Positions 18,258 through 28,700 of a stretch of DNA of 64,000 nt are shown one piece after another. The DNA is from an uncultured bacterium (GTDB taxonomy: Bacteria; Patescibacteriota; Minisyncoccia; Phycocordibacterales; PALSA-1337). The position numbers and the translations under genes were made by a program. The stretch is taken from NCBI GenBank assembly GCA_963701025.1, contig OY969557.1, forward strand, positions 36,849 through 100,848. The letters are read 5' to 3'. The notes beneath the pieces were generated by a model, which saw only the letters and a program-made list of their open reading frames with translations, was not told the DNA's origin and did not search any database. Within the stretch, counting starts at the first letter, position 1. Each line of letters begins with the position of its first letter.

Positions 18258-19541
18258 ATGCACTATACGGCCCTTATCCACATTTTTTCCTATTTTACGG
18301 ATAATCTAGCCGGTTGGATCGCCGCCGGAGGCTATCCGCTCCTCTTTCTCACCGTCGTATTGGAAGGCCTGCCGCTCATCGGCACGGCCGTACCGGGCCA
18401 TGTCACGGTATTCATCGCCGGATTCCTGGCCAAGATCGGCATTCTGAACCTGTGGTGGGTGCTCGTCATCGCCGTTGTCGCCGCCATCCTTGGGGATTCC
18501 ATCGGCTTCTTCCTCGGCCGGAGATATGGACTGTCGCTCATCGACCGCTTGAAGCCATTTTTTTTCATAACTGACGAACATATATCCAAAGCCCAAGGCT
18601 TGCTCGCCAAGCATACCGGCAAGTCCATGATCATCGGCAGGATGAATCCGGTCACGCGCTCTCTTATGCCGTTCCTCGTGGGAACTGGCGGAACGTCCGT
18701 CGGAAAATTCTGGTTCTTCAATATCATCGGCGGCGCGCTTTGGGCCGGAAGCTCGGTCGCCATAGGTTACGCTCTCGGTTTCGGCTATCACGCCGCCGCC
18801 GGCTACTTCGGCCGGGCTATCGTCATATCCGTCATCGCCGCGGCCATCATCATCTGGGGCTATCGCTTCGTCAACATGCGCTTCCATATATTCCGCCGCT
18901 ATGAACTCTTTGCCCTCATTCTCAATCTGCTCTCGCTCTGGGCTCTGGCCGAGATGATCAGGGATGCTTTGTCCCCGACACCTTTCATGGCGGGTTTCGA
19001 TCTCTGGGTCAATGGATATATGGCTTCGCATGTGGGACCGTTCACAGCCGGGTTGGCGAATGCCGTGACTACCATAGGCGGGACCGTCGTGACCGGTGGC
19101 GTCGGGCTTTTGCTGGCCGTGGTCTTCGCCGTCCGTGAAAGGTGGCGTTCGGCGGCTGTCATGTTCGTGTCCGTCTGCTCCGCGAGCATCATCGTCGCTT
19201 TCCTGAAAGAATTCTTCATGCGCGTCCGTCCGTCGTATGGTCTCATCCCCGTAGACCCGACCGACTGGAGCTTTCCCTCCGGCCACGCCGCATTGGCCGC
19301 CGCGTTCTTCGTCGTTCTAGCCTACCTCTTCGCCCCCAAGCTGAAAAAATGGGTCACGCGCGAGCTCTTCATCGTGGCGTGCGTCATCGCTATTCTCGCC
19401 ATCGGCCTGTCGCGCGTCATATTGAACGTGCACTGGGCTTCGGATGTCATCGCCGGCTGGTCCCTCGGTGTATTTTGCGCTACCGCTTCAATCCTTTTGG
19501 TCAGGTATGTCGGGGCGTTGGTGAGGGGGAGGGGGAGGTGA
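18258..19541 (+). CDS. DedA-family (SNARE-associated) membrane protein fused to a C-terminal PAP2 phosphatase domain
   Basis: DedA motifs VTVFIAGFLAKIGILN and GDSIGFFLGRRYG at the N-terminus. PAP2 motifs RPS...PSGHA...SRVILNVHWASDV at the C-terminus. Confidence 0.75.
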   Translation: MHYTALIHIFSYFTDNLAGWIAAGGYPLLFLTVVLEGLPLIGTAVPGHVTVFIAGFLAKIGILNLWWVLVIAVVAAILGDSIGFFLGRRYGLSLIDRLKPFFFITDEHISKAQGLLAKHTGKSMIIGRMNPVTRSLMPFLVGTGGTSVGKFWFFNIIGGALWAGSSVAIGYALGFGYHAAAGYFGRAIVISVIAAAIIIWGYRFVNMRFHIFRRYELFALILNLLSLWALAEMIRDALSPTPFMAGFDLWVNGYMASHVGPFTAGLANAVTTIGGTVVTGGVGLLLAVVFAVRERWRSAAVMFVSVCSASIIVAFLKEFFMRVRPSYGLIPVDPTDWSFPSGHAALAAAFFVVLAYLFAPKLKKWVTRELFIVACVIAILAIGLSRVILNVHWASDVIAGWSLGVFCATASILLVRYVGALVRGRGR

Positions 19542-19555
19542 GGATTATTTCTTCC

Positions 19556-20153
19556 ATGAAAGATTCTATTGTTTTTCGCAGGAAATCATTTGGTAAACTC
19601 GCCAGGGATTATCAGAAGTATAGGAGGCCTTACGATCCGCGTTTGTACAAACGGTTCTTTTCTATCTTGAAAAATTCCAAGACTTCTCTTCGAATTCTTG
19701 ATATCGGTTGCTGGTACGGCTTTTCATTGGTTTGCGACAAAAGAGGCATTTCTCGAGATGTCCAGAGTTATGAGGTCGGGAGCCATATTCATGGTCTTTT
19801 GGAAAGGTCCGACCAATATAACCTATAAAGGAGAGATCGTCGGGAGAGAAATCTATTGTAAATATAAATGCACCTCTGTGATTAAACTGTGGCGGAATGT
19901 TGAGAGAACCAAAAGATTATTTGTCAGTGGTGGTTTCAGGTGGTTTAAGACGTTTACAATGTATGAGTTCCAAAGGGACACTATTGATGATTTGATTGGT
20001 GGACACAGGACTAATTCAAAATACGCCGCGTTGGATGCCGTGAATCGTAAGAAATTTCTTCAGGAAATATCTGCTGCTTATAAGGTAGCGCTTGGTGATA
20101 AAAAATATTTTATTACCAAGAGAGAAACTACGGCGTGTTATGCCTTTAAATAA
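19556..20153 (+). pseudogene. class I SAM-dependent methyltransferase remnant with an internal deletion/frameshift
   Basis: Frame a (19556-19828) gives ...RRPYDPRLYKRFFSILKNSKTSLRILDIGC (motif I). The overlapping frame b (19698-20153) gives ISVAGTAFHWFATKEAFLEMSRVMRSGAIFMV (post-II/III motifs). Both motifs read from the same gatatcggttgctgg nucleotides. This implies loss of roughly 60-70 intervening codons by recombination between short repeats. Confidence 0.5.
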
Positions 20154-20194
20154 GCGATTTTCTCATGTTCGGCTGGAGGCATCTTTTTCGGAAC

Positions 20195-20236
20195 CCCCAT
20201 TTTCAAATCTTGCCATGGCAAGATTTGAAAATGGGG
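20195..20236. repeat. 42-bp perfect palindrome CCCCATTTTCAAATCTTGCCATGGCAAGATTTGAAAATGGGG
   Basis: Verified as self-complementary by eye; centred on CCATGG; no flanking T-run. Confidence 0.7.
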
Positions 20237-20276
20237 TATGGTAGGGATATACCCCTCCTCTGTCTTAACAAGGCAA

Positions 20277-20308
20277 AATTTCCCCCTAGCTGTAGCTAGG
20301 GGGAAATT
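20277..20308 (-). terminator. 14-bp-stem hairpin (aatttccccctagc-tgta-gctagggggaaatt) followed on the minus strand by a T-run; probable gpmI terminator
   Basis: Perfect inverted repeat. The minus-strand downstream sequence is ttttgcc. It lies just 3' of the gpmI stop. Confidence 0.55.
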
Positions 20309-20317
20309 CGTCCCGAT

Positions 20318-21912
20318 CTATGAGAACAACACCCTCCCGGTCATCTCTTTCGGCACCGGTAGTCCGAGCAAGCTCAAAACCGTCGGGGCCACGTCTGAAA
20401 GTCCGCCATCGTGGAGCTTTACGGCGTCCTTAACAGCAGCTCCCGCTAGAATGCACGGCACGGGACTGGTCGTATGAGAGGTATGTCTCACGCCGGTCGC
20501 GGGATCGACGTTGATCTCCGCATTGCCATGATCGGCGGTTATGAGAGCGGTGCCGCCGGCGGCTTCCAAGGCCGTGATGACGCGTTTTAACTGCGCGTCG
20601 ATCTTTTCCACCGCGACAATTATAGCCGGAACGTTGGCGGTATGGCCGACCATGTCCGCGTTGGCGAAATTTATGAATATAAAAGGCGTGCCGCTCTTGA
20701 TCTCGGCGATGGCCGTGTCGGCAATGGCCTCGGCCCGCATCTCCGGAGCCTGATCGTGAGTCTTTATATCCTTACGGCTGGGGATTAGAATGTCGCGCTC
20801 GCCCTGGTACGGCTTCTCGCGCCCGCCGTTCAGGAAATAAGTGGCGTGGGCGAATTTTTCCGTCTCGGCGATGTGTGCCTGGCCGAGCCCGGCCCTAGCG
20901 ACTTCTTGGCCTATGGTCGTGCCGACCACGGTTGGCGGGAAAGCCACGATACAGTCGAAATCCGCGCTGTATTCGGTCAGTGTGACGAACATGATATTAT
21001 CGTTCTTTCCCCTAGAGATGAGTTTCTCCGAGAGCATGCGAGCCCGGTCGGCCCGGAAATTGAAGAAGAAAACAGCGTCATTCTTCTCTATGGCACAGCC
21101 ATTCGCCGTCGACCCGTCTCCTTGCGGAATGACGCATACGGCAGGTTCCATGAATTCATCGCTTTTGCCGGTCTCGTATTGGTCTTCCATGTATGCCGAT
21201 GGTTTTATCGAACAAACATTGCCCACGCATTCGAACATTGCCTGTTCGGTTTTGGCCAGCCGGTCCCAGTTATGATCGCGATCCATGGCATAATAGCGGC
21301 CGGAAATCGTGGCTATGAAAAAATGCGGTGGCACCGAGTATGTCGGCAGATATAGGATGGATAGTCGGCATTGAGCTCGGCCAATACCGCCTCCAGTTCT
21401 TTCAGATATTCCGAAGCGCTCTGCGGCGGCGTGTCGCGGCCGTCGGTGAAGACGTGGATGGCTACTTTTTGCGCGCCTTTTTCCTTGGCAAGGCGCAGGA
21501 AAGCATAAAGATGCTCCTGATGGCTGTGGATGCCGCCGGGGGAGACTAGACCTTGGACATGCAAGGTGGAGTCGTATTTCTTCACATGCTCGAACAGGCC
21601 GAGGATAGCCGGATTTCTGGCGAAAGCGCCGGAGTGTATGGCTTTGTCTATGCGCACGAGATCGCTGTCCACTATGGTGCCGGCGCCAATGGTCATATGG
21701 CCGACCTCGCTATTGCCCATGACGCCTTTCGGAAGGCCGACCGCCGGTCCGGAAGCCTGAAGCAGGCAATGAGGGTATGTCTTCCAAAGATGATCGAAGA
21801 ACGGTTTTTTCGCCGCCGCGATGGCATTGTCTTTCGTGTCCGCGCGATAGCCCCAGCCGTCGAGGACGATGAGCATGACGGGTTTTTTCGGCAAAGAGAT
21901 TTCTTTCGTCAT
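20318..21912 (-). CDS. gpmI: 2,3-bisphosphoglycerate-independent phosphoglycerate mutase, split by a frameshift at an A6 homopolymer (21318-21323)
   Basis: The N-terminal ORF 21313-21912 (LIVLDGWGYR...NSEVGHMTIGAG...) and C-terminal ORF 20318-21334 (...IATISGRYYAMDRD...ITADHGN...) are in frames differing by one. Adding one T to the 6-T run on the coding strand fuses them. Confidence 0.8.
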
Positions 21913-21934
21913 AAAGGTTGATTATAGCATTACG

Positions 21935-21962
21935 CACGCAAAACCCCCCGAAGGGGGTCGTG
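21935..21962 (-). terminator. hairpin cccccttcggggg + T-run on the minus strand downstream of eno
   Basis: The plus strand reads aaaaccccccgaagggggt. Confidence 0.5.
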
Positions 21963-22173
21963 CGCCATAGGTAGGCCGTACTGAAGAGAGAAATTCCAAA
22001 AATTCAAAGTGGTGTCCTTACGCCGGGAGTACCGGCATTTTGTGTGGACCCTATATGGTGAGTTAAGGATTCTCTCCTAGACAAGCCTGCGTTAATTGTG
22101 AACCACTTTTTTTTGAAGTCAACCTCTAGCGCGGGAATTTCAGGGGAAATGCTGTGCACAATCGGTGCATAAC

Positions 22174-23571
<1,398 letters not shown>

Positions 23572-24777
23572 TCAATTCGTATCCTTTATCGTCAATGTCG
23601 GTATCAGAGCCAACAGACAGATAGTCCCGATGACGGCGAACATATGAGCATTGGTCGTGAACATCAGTCCGATGATGGCGACTAAAGGCGCTATGAAATA
23701 TGACAGAGGCCTGGTGATGCGGAAGACGCCCAAGGCCGCCGCATCGCGGGGGGAAACGGTCTTGAAAAAGTAAGTCTCTATCATGATCTCCGCCGCGGCC
23801 GCTCCGACGCGGGTGGCGAAAAGAGCGATGGCCCAAATGGCGATGTTCGGCACGGCGATGAAGGCTAGAGCTATCGTCGAGATGCCCATCAGAGCGAAGC
23901 CGAGCGTCATGATCTCCTTCTCGCCGTATTTTTTGTCGGCAAGCCTGCCCAATGGATATTGGATGAGCGGGAATGGCAGGAGCATGATGACCAATATGAT
24001 GCCGATTTCCTCCCAACCGAAGCCCATGGTCTGATGCAGATAGATCGGGCTGTAGACGACCATCCAGGCGTAAAAAGTCTGGAGTATTAGATTGGCGGCG
24101 AAAAGCTTGTCCCAATTCTTATTCCGCGATATGTGCTTGACCAGCTGTAGCGGAGACAGGTGGGTGTAATTCGGGTCCTTGAAGCGGGGAAAGTTCCGAT
24201 ATATGAGGTAGAAAAGAGGAACGAGCATGGCCAATCCGGCGACATAGGTGTTGTGATAATCATTGCTGCCGTTTATGAGCATGCTTCCGATGAGGGGGGC
24301 TATGACCCAGGAGGCGTTCAAGGTGGCGTTATAAAGGCCGCGGACGGAGCCGACATTGGTAGTATCGGTGTACACTTCCAAGAAGACGTCGAAAGTCAGA
24401 CTGATCATGGCGATGATCGCCGTTTGGGCGATGAAGAAGAAAGCTATGAGCGACGGCGACGTCGAAGCGATCAAGCCATAGAACAGGATGATCTGGATGA
24501 GTACGAGCCACAAAGCCACGGTATAGTTTCCAAGCTTGCGTATGATCGATGGTATCAGGAGAAAACCAAGGATTGTCACTGCCCCGCCTATCATGTATAT
24601 GTAGCTTACCGTTTGCTCGCTGGCGAAGAGGGATAGGAAGCTCGAATTTGAGTACATCGGTATCACTTCATGCAGGGTATATATAAAGCCTATAAGAGCG
24701 ATCGTATACACTGCGTGGCTTCTGGGTATCGGACGCGATGCGCGAGAGAGAGGAGGCTGGTTCATAAGAGGTGACAT
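23572..24777 (-). CDS. MFS transporter
   Basis: 401 aa, 12 predicted TM helices, MFS-like loop motifs. Confidence 0.6.
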   Translation of the reverse strand: MSPLMNQPPLSRASRPIPRSHAVYTIALIGFIYTLHEVIPMYSNSSFLSLFASEQTVSYIYMIGGAVTILGFLLIPSIIRKLGNYTVALWLVLIQIILFYGLIASTSPSLIAFFFIAQTAIIAMISLTFDVFLEVYTDTTNVGSVRGLYNATLNASWVIAPLIGSMLINGSNDYHNTYVAGLAMLVPLFYLIYRNFPRFKDPNYTHLSPLQLVKHISRNKNWDKLFAANLILQTFYAWMVVYSPIYLHQTMGFGWEEIGIILVIMLLPFPLIQYPLGRLADKKYGEKEIMTLGFALMGISTIALAFIAVPNIAIWAIALFATRVGAAAAEIMIETYFFKTVSPRDAAALGVFRITRPLSYFIAPLVAIIGLMFTTNAHMFAVIGTICLLALIPTLTIKDTN

Positions 24778-24854
24778 TATATCAAGATTATCCGTTCACA
24801 CCAATATACGGATCATTTGTATATTTGTGCGTGATATGATAAATTACTCCAATC

Positions 24855-25121
24855 ATGAAAAAGGATATCCACCCGCAAAACTATCGTCCGGTCATCTTCG
24901 CCGACAATTCCAGCGGGGCTAAATTTCTGATCGCTTCGACGATCGAGACGAAAGAGACGGCGAAATGGATGGATGGAAAAGAGTATCCGGCTTTCCATGT
25001 CGAGATCTCGAGCGCTTCGCATCCTTTCTATACCAATCAGGAGAAGATCGTCGATACCGCCGGCCGCGTGGAGAAGTTCAAGACCCGCCAGTCAAAGGCC
25101 AAAGGAGCTAACAAGAAGTAG
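24855..25121 (+). CDS. rpmE: 50S ribosomal protein L31
   Basis: [35 protein letters not shown]...[12 protein letters not shown]. Confidence 0.85.
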   Translation: MKKDIHPQNYRPVIFADNSSGAKFLIASTIETKETAKWMDGKEYPAFHVEISSASHPFYTNQEKIVDTAGRVEKFKTRQSKAKGANKK

Positions 25122-26078
25122 ATGAATCTAGAACCATTCAAGGAGAACCCTAAAACCTCCTTCCTTGCCGGTCTCTACGAAAAGCTAGAAAAAGACGAAA
25201 AAGAGGTCCGGGCGATGATGGAGAAAGACCCGGCTTTAAAGGAGATGGCCGAGCATGATCTGGCTTCTATTTTGGATCAGAAGAAGTCACTGGAAAACCA
25301 GATGGAGGAGATCGTCAAGGCCGACGTCGAGGAAGAAGAAAAACCAAGAGAAGTCATACTTGAAGTCCGAGCCGGTGCCGGCGGGGATGAGGCGGCTCTT
25401 TTTGCCGCCGAACTTCTCGATATGTACAAGCGCTACGCCGAGATCCGTGGCTGGAAAAGCAAGGTCAGCGACGATCTCACTCTCGAACTCAAAGGTTTGG
25501 GCGTCTACGAAGACCTGCGCTGGGAGACAGGCGTTCATCGGGTTCAGCGCGTGCCGGAGACGGAGAAAATGGGACGCATACATACTTCGACTGCTTCAGT
25601 GGCGATCATGCCTATTCGCAAGAAGTCTAAGTTCGTCATCAATCCTGCCGACCTGGAGATGGAATTCTCCCGTGCCGGCGGCAAGGGTGGACAGAATGTG
25701 AACAAGGTCGAGAGCGCCGTGCGACTCATCCATAAGCCTACGGGTCTAGCCGTCCGTTCGACCGTTGAGCGAAGCCAGAGCGCTAACAGGGAACACGCCT
25801 TGACTATTTTGACCGCCAAGTTGGATGCTCTCCAGCAAGAGGAAGAAGCCAAGAAATTCGCCGCCAACCGCAAAGGTCAAATAGGCACAGGCGACCGTTC
25901 AGAGAAGATCCGCACGTATAATTTTCCGCAAGACCGCGTGACCGATCACCGCATAAAAGAATCCTGGCACAACATACCCGGCATCATGGACGGGAAGATA
26001 CAGCCTATTGTCGATGCGCTGCATGATTTTGAGAAGACGGGGAAGGCAGGGGGTGATAGTAGTGATAAAGGAGAGTAA
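25122..26078 (+). CDS. prfA: peptide chain release factor 1
   Basis: A GGQ motif (SRAGGKGGQNVNKVESAVRLIHKPTGL) and a PET tripeptide in the RF1-type PxT position (RVPETEKMGRIHTSTASVAIMP). Start is adjacent to the rpmE stop. Confidence 0.8.
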   Translation: MNLEPFKENPKTSFLAGLYEKLEKDEKEVRAMMEKDPALKEMAEHDLASILDQKKSLENQMEEIVKADVEEEEKPREVILEVRAGAGGDEAALFAAELLDMYKRYAEIRGWKSKVSDDLTLELKGLGVYEDLRWETGVHRVQRVPETEKMGRIHTSTASVAIMPIRKKSKFVINPADLEMEFSRAGGKGGQNVNKVESAVRLIHKPTGLAVRSTVERSQSANREHALTILTAKLDALQQEEEAKKFAANRKGQIGTGDRSEKIRTYNFPQDRVTDHRIKESWHNIPGIMDGKIQPIVDALHDFEKTGKAGGDSSDKGE

Positions 26079-26142
26079 TATAATCAACTCAAAAAGTACG
26101 CTAAATTTTTATGGAGTCTCCCCTTGCATTGTCCTGCTCAAG

Positions 26143-26210
26143 GTAGGGGTGACGAAAAATTTTCGTCAGTGGCTTAAAATAAGGGTTGACGAAAAAAGTT
26201 CGTCACCCCT
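26143..26210. repeat. ~70-bp structured repeat, copy A (GGGGTGACGAA-aaatt-TTCGTCA...GTTGACGAA-aaaag-TTCGTCACCCC)
   Basis: About 90% identical to 61860-61928. It contains two TGACGAA/TTCGTCA hairpins, and its outer ends are complementary. Confidence 0.7.
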
Positions 26211-26289
26211 TGATTGGTGGTAAAATGTCTGTTCCCCTGCCCACAAATCCATAAATCTCTTTTTAATCAAATTATTTAACTTCGACTGA

Positions 26290-26634
26290 TTGATCATCAT
26301 GAGCCATGACGACTATTACAGATCAATAAAAGGAGTCCTAACTGTTATCGATTTTTCGCCGAAAGAACAGGAGATACTAATAATTCTTTTGGAATTAAAA
26401 AGCGGCGTTAGCGCTTCATTAGCCGCACAGGAGCTTGAGGTTCCGCGCCAAACGGCCTATTCGCTCCTCAAGAAACTATCTGATAAAGGCGCGGTCAGTA
26501 TTGGGACGATCCGTAAAGAAGGGAATAACAGCGCCATATTCCTGACAAGCAAAGAACATCTATCAAAATTCATAGATGATCGTTGCGCTGCATTGCAATC
26601 CGCCAAAACCGCTCTATTAAAGAGCATTATTTGA
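26290..26634 (+). CDS. small winged-helix (TrmB/MarR-like) DNA-binding protein
   Basis: EQEILIILLELKSGVSASLAAQELEVPRQTAYSLLKKLSDKGAV is HTH-like. Confidence 0.4.
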   Translation: MIIMSHDDYYRSIKGVLTVIDFSPKEQEILIILLELKSGVSASLAAQELEVPRQTAYSLLKKLSDKGAVSIGTIRKEGNNSAIFLTSKEHLSKFIDDRCAALQSAKTALLKSII

Positions 26635-26670
26635 CTTCATTACGATATCTTGATAAGCTGTCTTTCTCAT

Positions 26671-27363
26671 ATGTCGACCCAAACCAACCCGACCATAGAC
26701 GGAATGTTCAGCGCCGGAGCGCATTTCGGTCTTGGCCGTTCGCGCAGGCATCCAACGGTCGTGGCATACATCTTCGGCACCAAGAACCGCACCGACATAT
26801 TCGATCTGGAGAAGACCGCCCGCTTGCTCGACGCCGCCAAAGCCTATATCGCTTCGCTCGCCAAGGAGGGCAAGACCATCCTCTTCGTCGGCGGCAAGAA
26901 AGAGGCTTCGGCCGCGGTCATGTCGTCCGCCCAGTCCCTCAACATGCCGTATGTCGAAGGACGCTGGATCGGCGGCACCCTCACCAATTTCGGCAATATC
27001 AGGAAGCGCATCGAGCGCCTCGAGAAACTCACTTCCGACCGCGAAAAGGGGGAACTGGCCAAATACACCAAACGCGAGCGCATGCTTTTCGACAAAGAGA
27101 TAGCCAAGCTGGAACGGATGTTCTCCGGCGTCGTCTCCCTGAAGAAGATGCCCGACGCTCTGTTCATCGTCGATCCCCGCAAAGAGCAGAATGCCGTCAG
27201 TGAGGCCGCCCACATGAAGATACCAACCATCGCCATAGCCGGTTCCGACTGCGACATCGCCGAGATACGCTATCCGATCGTCGGCAATGACGGATCCAAG
27301 GCCAGCATCCAGTTCTTCCTCGCTGAAGCGACCAAGGCGTATCAAGAAGGCAAGAAGATTTAA
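26671..27363 (+). CDS. rpsB: 30S ribosomal protein S2
   Basis: MSTQTNPTIDGMFSAGAHFGLGRSRRHPTVVAYIFG... The ATG at 26671 is preferred over the ORF-track TTG at 26650. Confidence 0.9.
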   Translation: MSTQTNPTIDGMFSAGAHFGLGRSRRHPTVVAYIFGTKNRTDIFDLEKTARLLDAAKAYIASLAKEGKTILFVGGKKEASAAVMSSAQSLNMPYVEGRWIGGTLTNFGNIRKRIERLEKLTSDREKGELAKYTKRERMLFDKEIAKLERMFSGVVSLKKMPDALFIVDPRKEQNAVSEAAHMKIPTIAIAGSDCDIAEIRYPIVGNDGSKASIQFFLAEATKAYQEGKKI

Positions 27364-27364
27364 A

Positions 27365-27976
27365 ATGGTAATCACCACCGAACAAGTAAAGAAGCTCCGC
27401 GACATGACCGGTATTTCCGTCATGCAATGCAAGAAAGCCTTGGAAGAGGCCGGCGGCGACATGGAGAAAGCCATCGTCATACTGCGCAAAAAATCTGGCG
27501 AGCTTTCGGCCAAGAAGGGGGACCGCACCTTCCGTTCCGGCACCGTACAATCTTACATTCACGCCAACAGCTTGGTCGGAACGATCGTAGAGCTCGATTG
27601 CGAGAGCGATTTCGTCTCCGGCAACGACGAGTTCAAAGCTCTGGCCCGCGACATCGCCATGCATGCCACTGCCACCAATCCGAAATTCATCAGGAAGGAG
27701 GACATAACTGAAGCAGACATGAGGTCCGCCAAGGCCGTCTTCGCCGATGAGATAAAGAGCCTGCCTGCCGGCAAACAGGGCAAGCCCGCGGCCATGAAAG
27801 ACAAGATCCTCCAAGGCAAGCTCGACACCTATTTCGCCGACATGGTCCTCATGGATCAGCCTTTCATCAAGAATCCCGATATGACCATCCAAGGTCTCAT
27901 CGACGCCGCCGTCCAGAAATTCGGCGAGAAGATCGCCGTCGCCCGGTTCAATCGCTTTAAAGTCTTGGAGAGCTAG
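27365..27976 (+). CDS. tsf: elongation factor Ts (short form)
   Basis: MVITTEQVKKLRDMTGISVMQCKKALEEAGGDMEKAIVILRKK... The start is 1 nt after the rpsB stop. Confidence 0.85.
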   Translation: MVITTEQVKKLRDMTGISVMQCKKALEEAGGDMEKAIVILRKKSGELSAKKGDRTFRSGTVQSYIHANSLVGTIVELDCESDFVSGNDEFKALARDIAMHATATNPKFIRKEDITEADMRSAKAVFADEIKSLPAGKQGKPAAMKDKILQGKLDTYFADMVLMDQPFIKNPDMTIQGLIDAAVQKFGEKIAVARFNRFKVLES

Positions 27977-28002
27977 CCACGGGCGCTTCCGCGCGCCTTC
28001 CC

Positions 28003-28389
28003 ATGTATACCCTCATCACAATCTTCTACGTGTCGCTCGTCGGGATCATAGTCATGATCCTGTGGAAACGGCATGAATTGAAGACTGGCCGCCCGTCGCT
28101 CGTCTCGCGCCTGGGGCAGGGCAGCGATCATATCTTCCACGCTTTTTTTTCCGGCATACATCGCGGCGTCTCTTATGTAAATAAGCATACGTTCATAGCG
28201 CTCGCCCAGTGGCTGGCTTTCCGTGCCCTCGTCCCCGTGAGGAAAGTCTACGTCGAGGTCAAACACAAAGCCCTCACCAATCCCCACGGCAAGAAAGTCA
28301 TCGATGCCGTCCGCGGCAAAGGCGAGATCACCGAGCATGGCGCGTCGTTCTATCTGCGCAGGATTGCGAAAGAAGAAGGTAGAAAGTAG
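28003..28389 (+). CDS. hypothetical small membrane protein
   Basis: 128 aa, one N-terminal TM helix, native-like GC composition. Confidence 0.35.
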   Translation: MYTLITIFYVSLVGIIVMILWKRHELKTGRPSLVSRLGQGSDHIFHAFFSGIHRGVSYVNKHTFIALAQWLAFRALVPVRKVYVEVKHKALTNPHGKKVIDAVRGKGEITEHGASFYLRRIAKEEGRK

Positions 28390-28414
28390 AGAGTAGTATG
28401 TCTAAAAGTTATGA

Positions 28415-28549
28415 AAATCTGAAAGTCTCTTGCATATTGCACAAGAACTGGGATACTTATCGCAGAAAGAATTCGATCAACTTAAGGGGAAAGTTGAGGC
28501 ACTCGGTATAAAGACAGGAGCTTTCAAGAAATATCTGAATAAGGAGTAA
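28415..28549 (+). pseudogene. C-terminal remnant of a four-helix-bundle protein (23S rRNA IVS-protein family)
   Basis: ...LHIAQELGYLSQKEFDQLKGKVEALGIKTGAFKKYLNKE matches the characteristic C-terminus of that family. There is no N-terminal portion or start codon. Confidence 0.4.
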
Positions 28550-28553
28550 TCAC

Positions 28554-28626
28554 GCCACCTTAGCTCAATTGGCAGAGCGCCGCTTTTGTAAAGCGGATGT
28601 TCCCGGTTCAAGTCCGGGAGGTGGCT
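28554..28626 (+). tRNA. tRNA-Thr (anticodon TGT)
   Basis: Acceptor GCCACCT/AGGTGGC, anticodon stem CCGCT/AGCGG with loop TTTGTAA, T-arm CCCGG-TTCAAGT-CCGGG. Confidence 0.85.
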
Positions 28627-28632
28627 CAGTAA

Positions 28633-28700
28633 AGAGGGTAGAAAGTGGAGGGTGGAAAGTTGAAAATAAAGCTGAGCTTACTACTTTCCACCTTCTACTT
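28633..28700. repeat. long imperfect inverted repeat (23-bp arms gtagaaagtggagggtggaaagt / actttccaccttctactttctac) immediately 3' of tRNA-Thr
   Basis: Seen directly. A third copy of the arm (ggtagaaagtagagag) lies at about 28376-28392. It may act as a bidirectional terminator. Confidence 0.5.

Noticed and set aside
18306-19286. 326-aa minus-strand ORF and several other ORFs overlapping the DedA-PAP2 gene
   Set aside because: Asp/Glu/Arg/Gly-rich low-complexity translations. The plus-strand frame has clear DedA and PAP2 motifs.
26583-27543. 206-aa plus-strand and 308-aa minus-strand ORFs overlapping rpsB
   Set aside because: Arg/His-rich shadows. rpsB in the 26671 frame is unambiguous.
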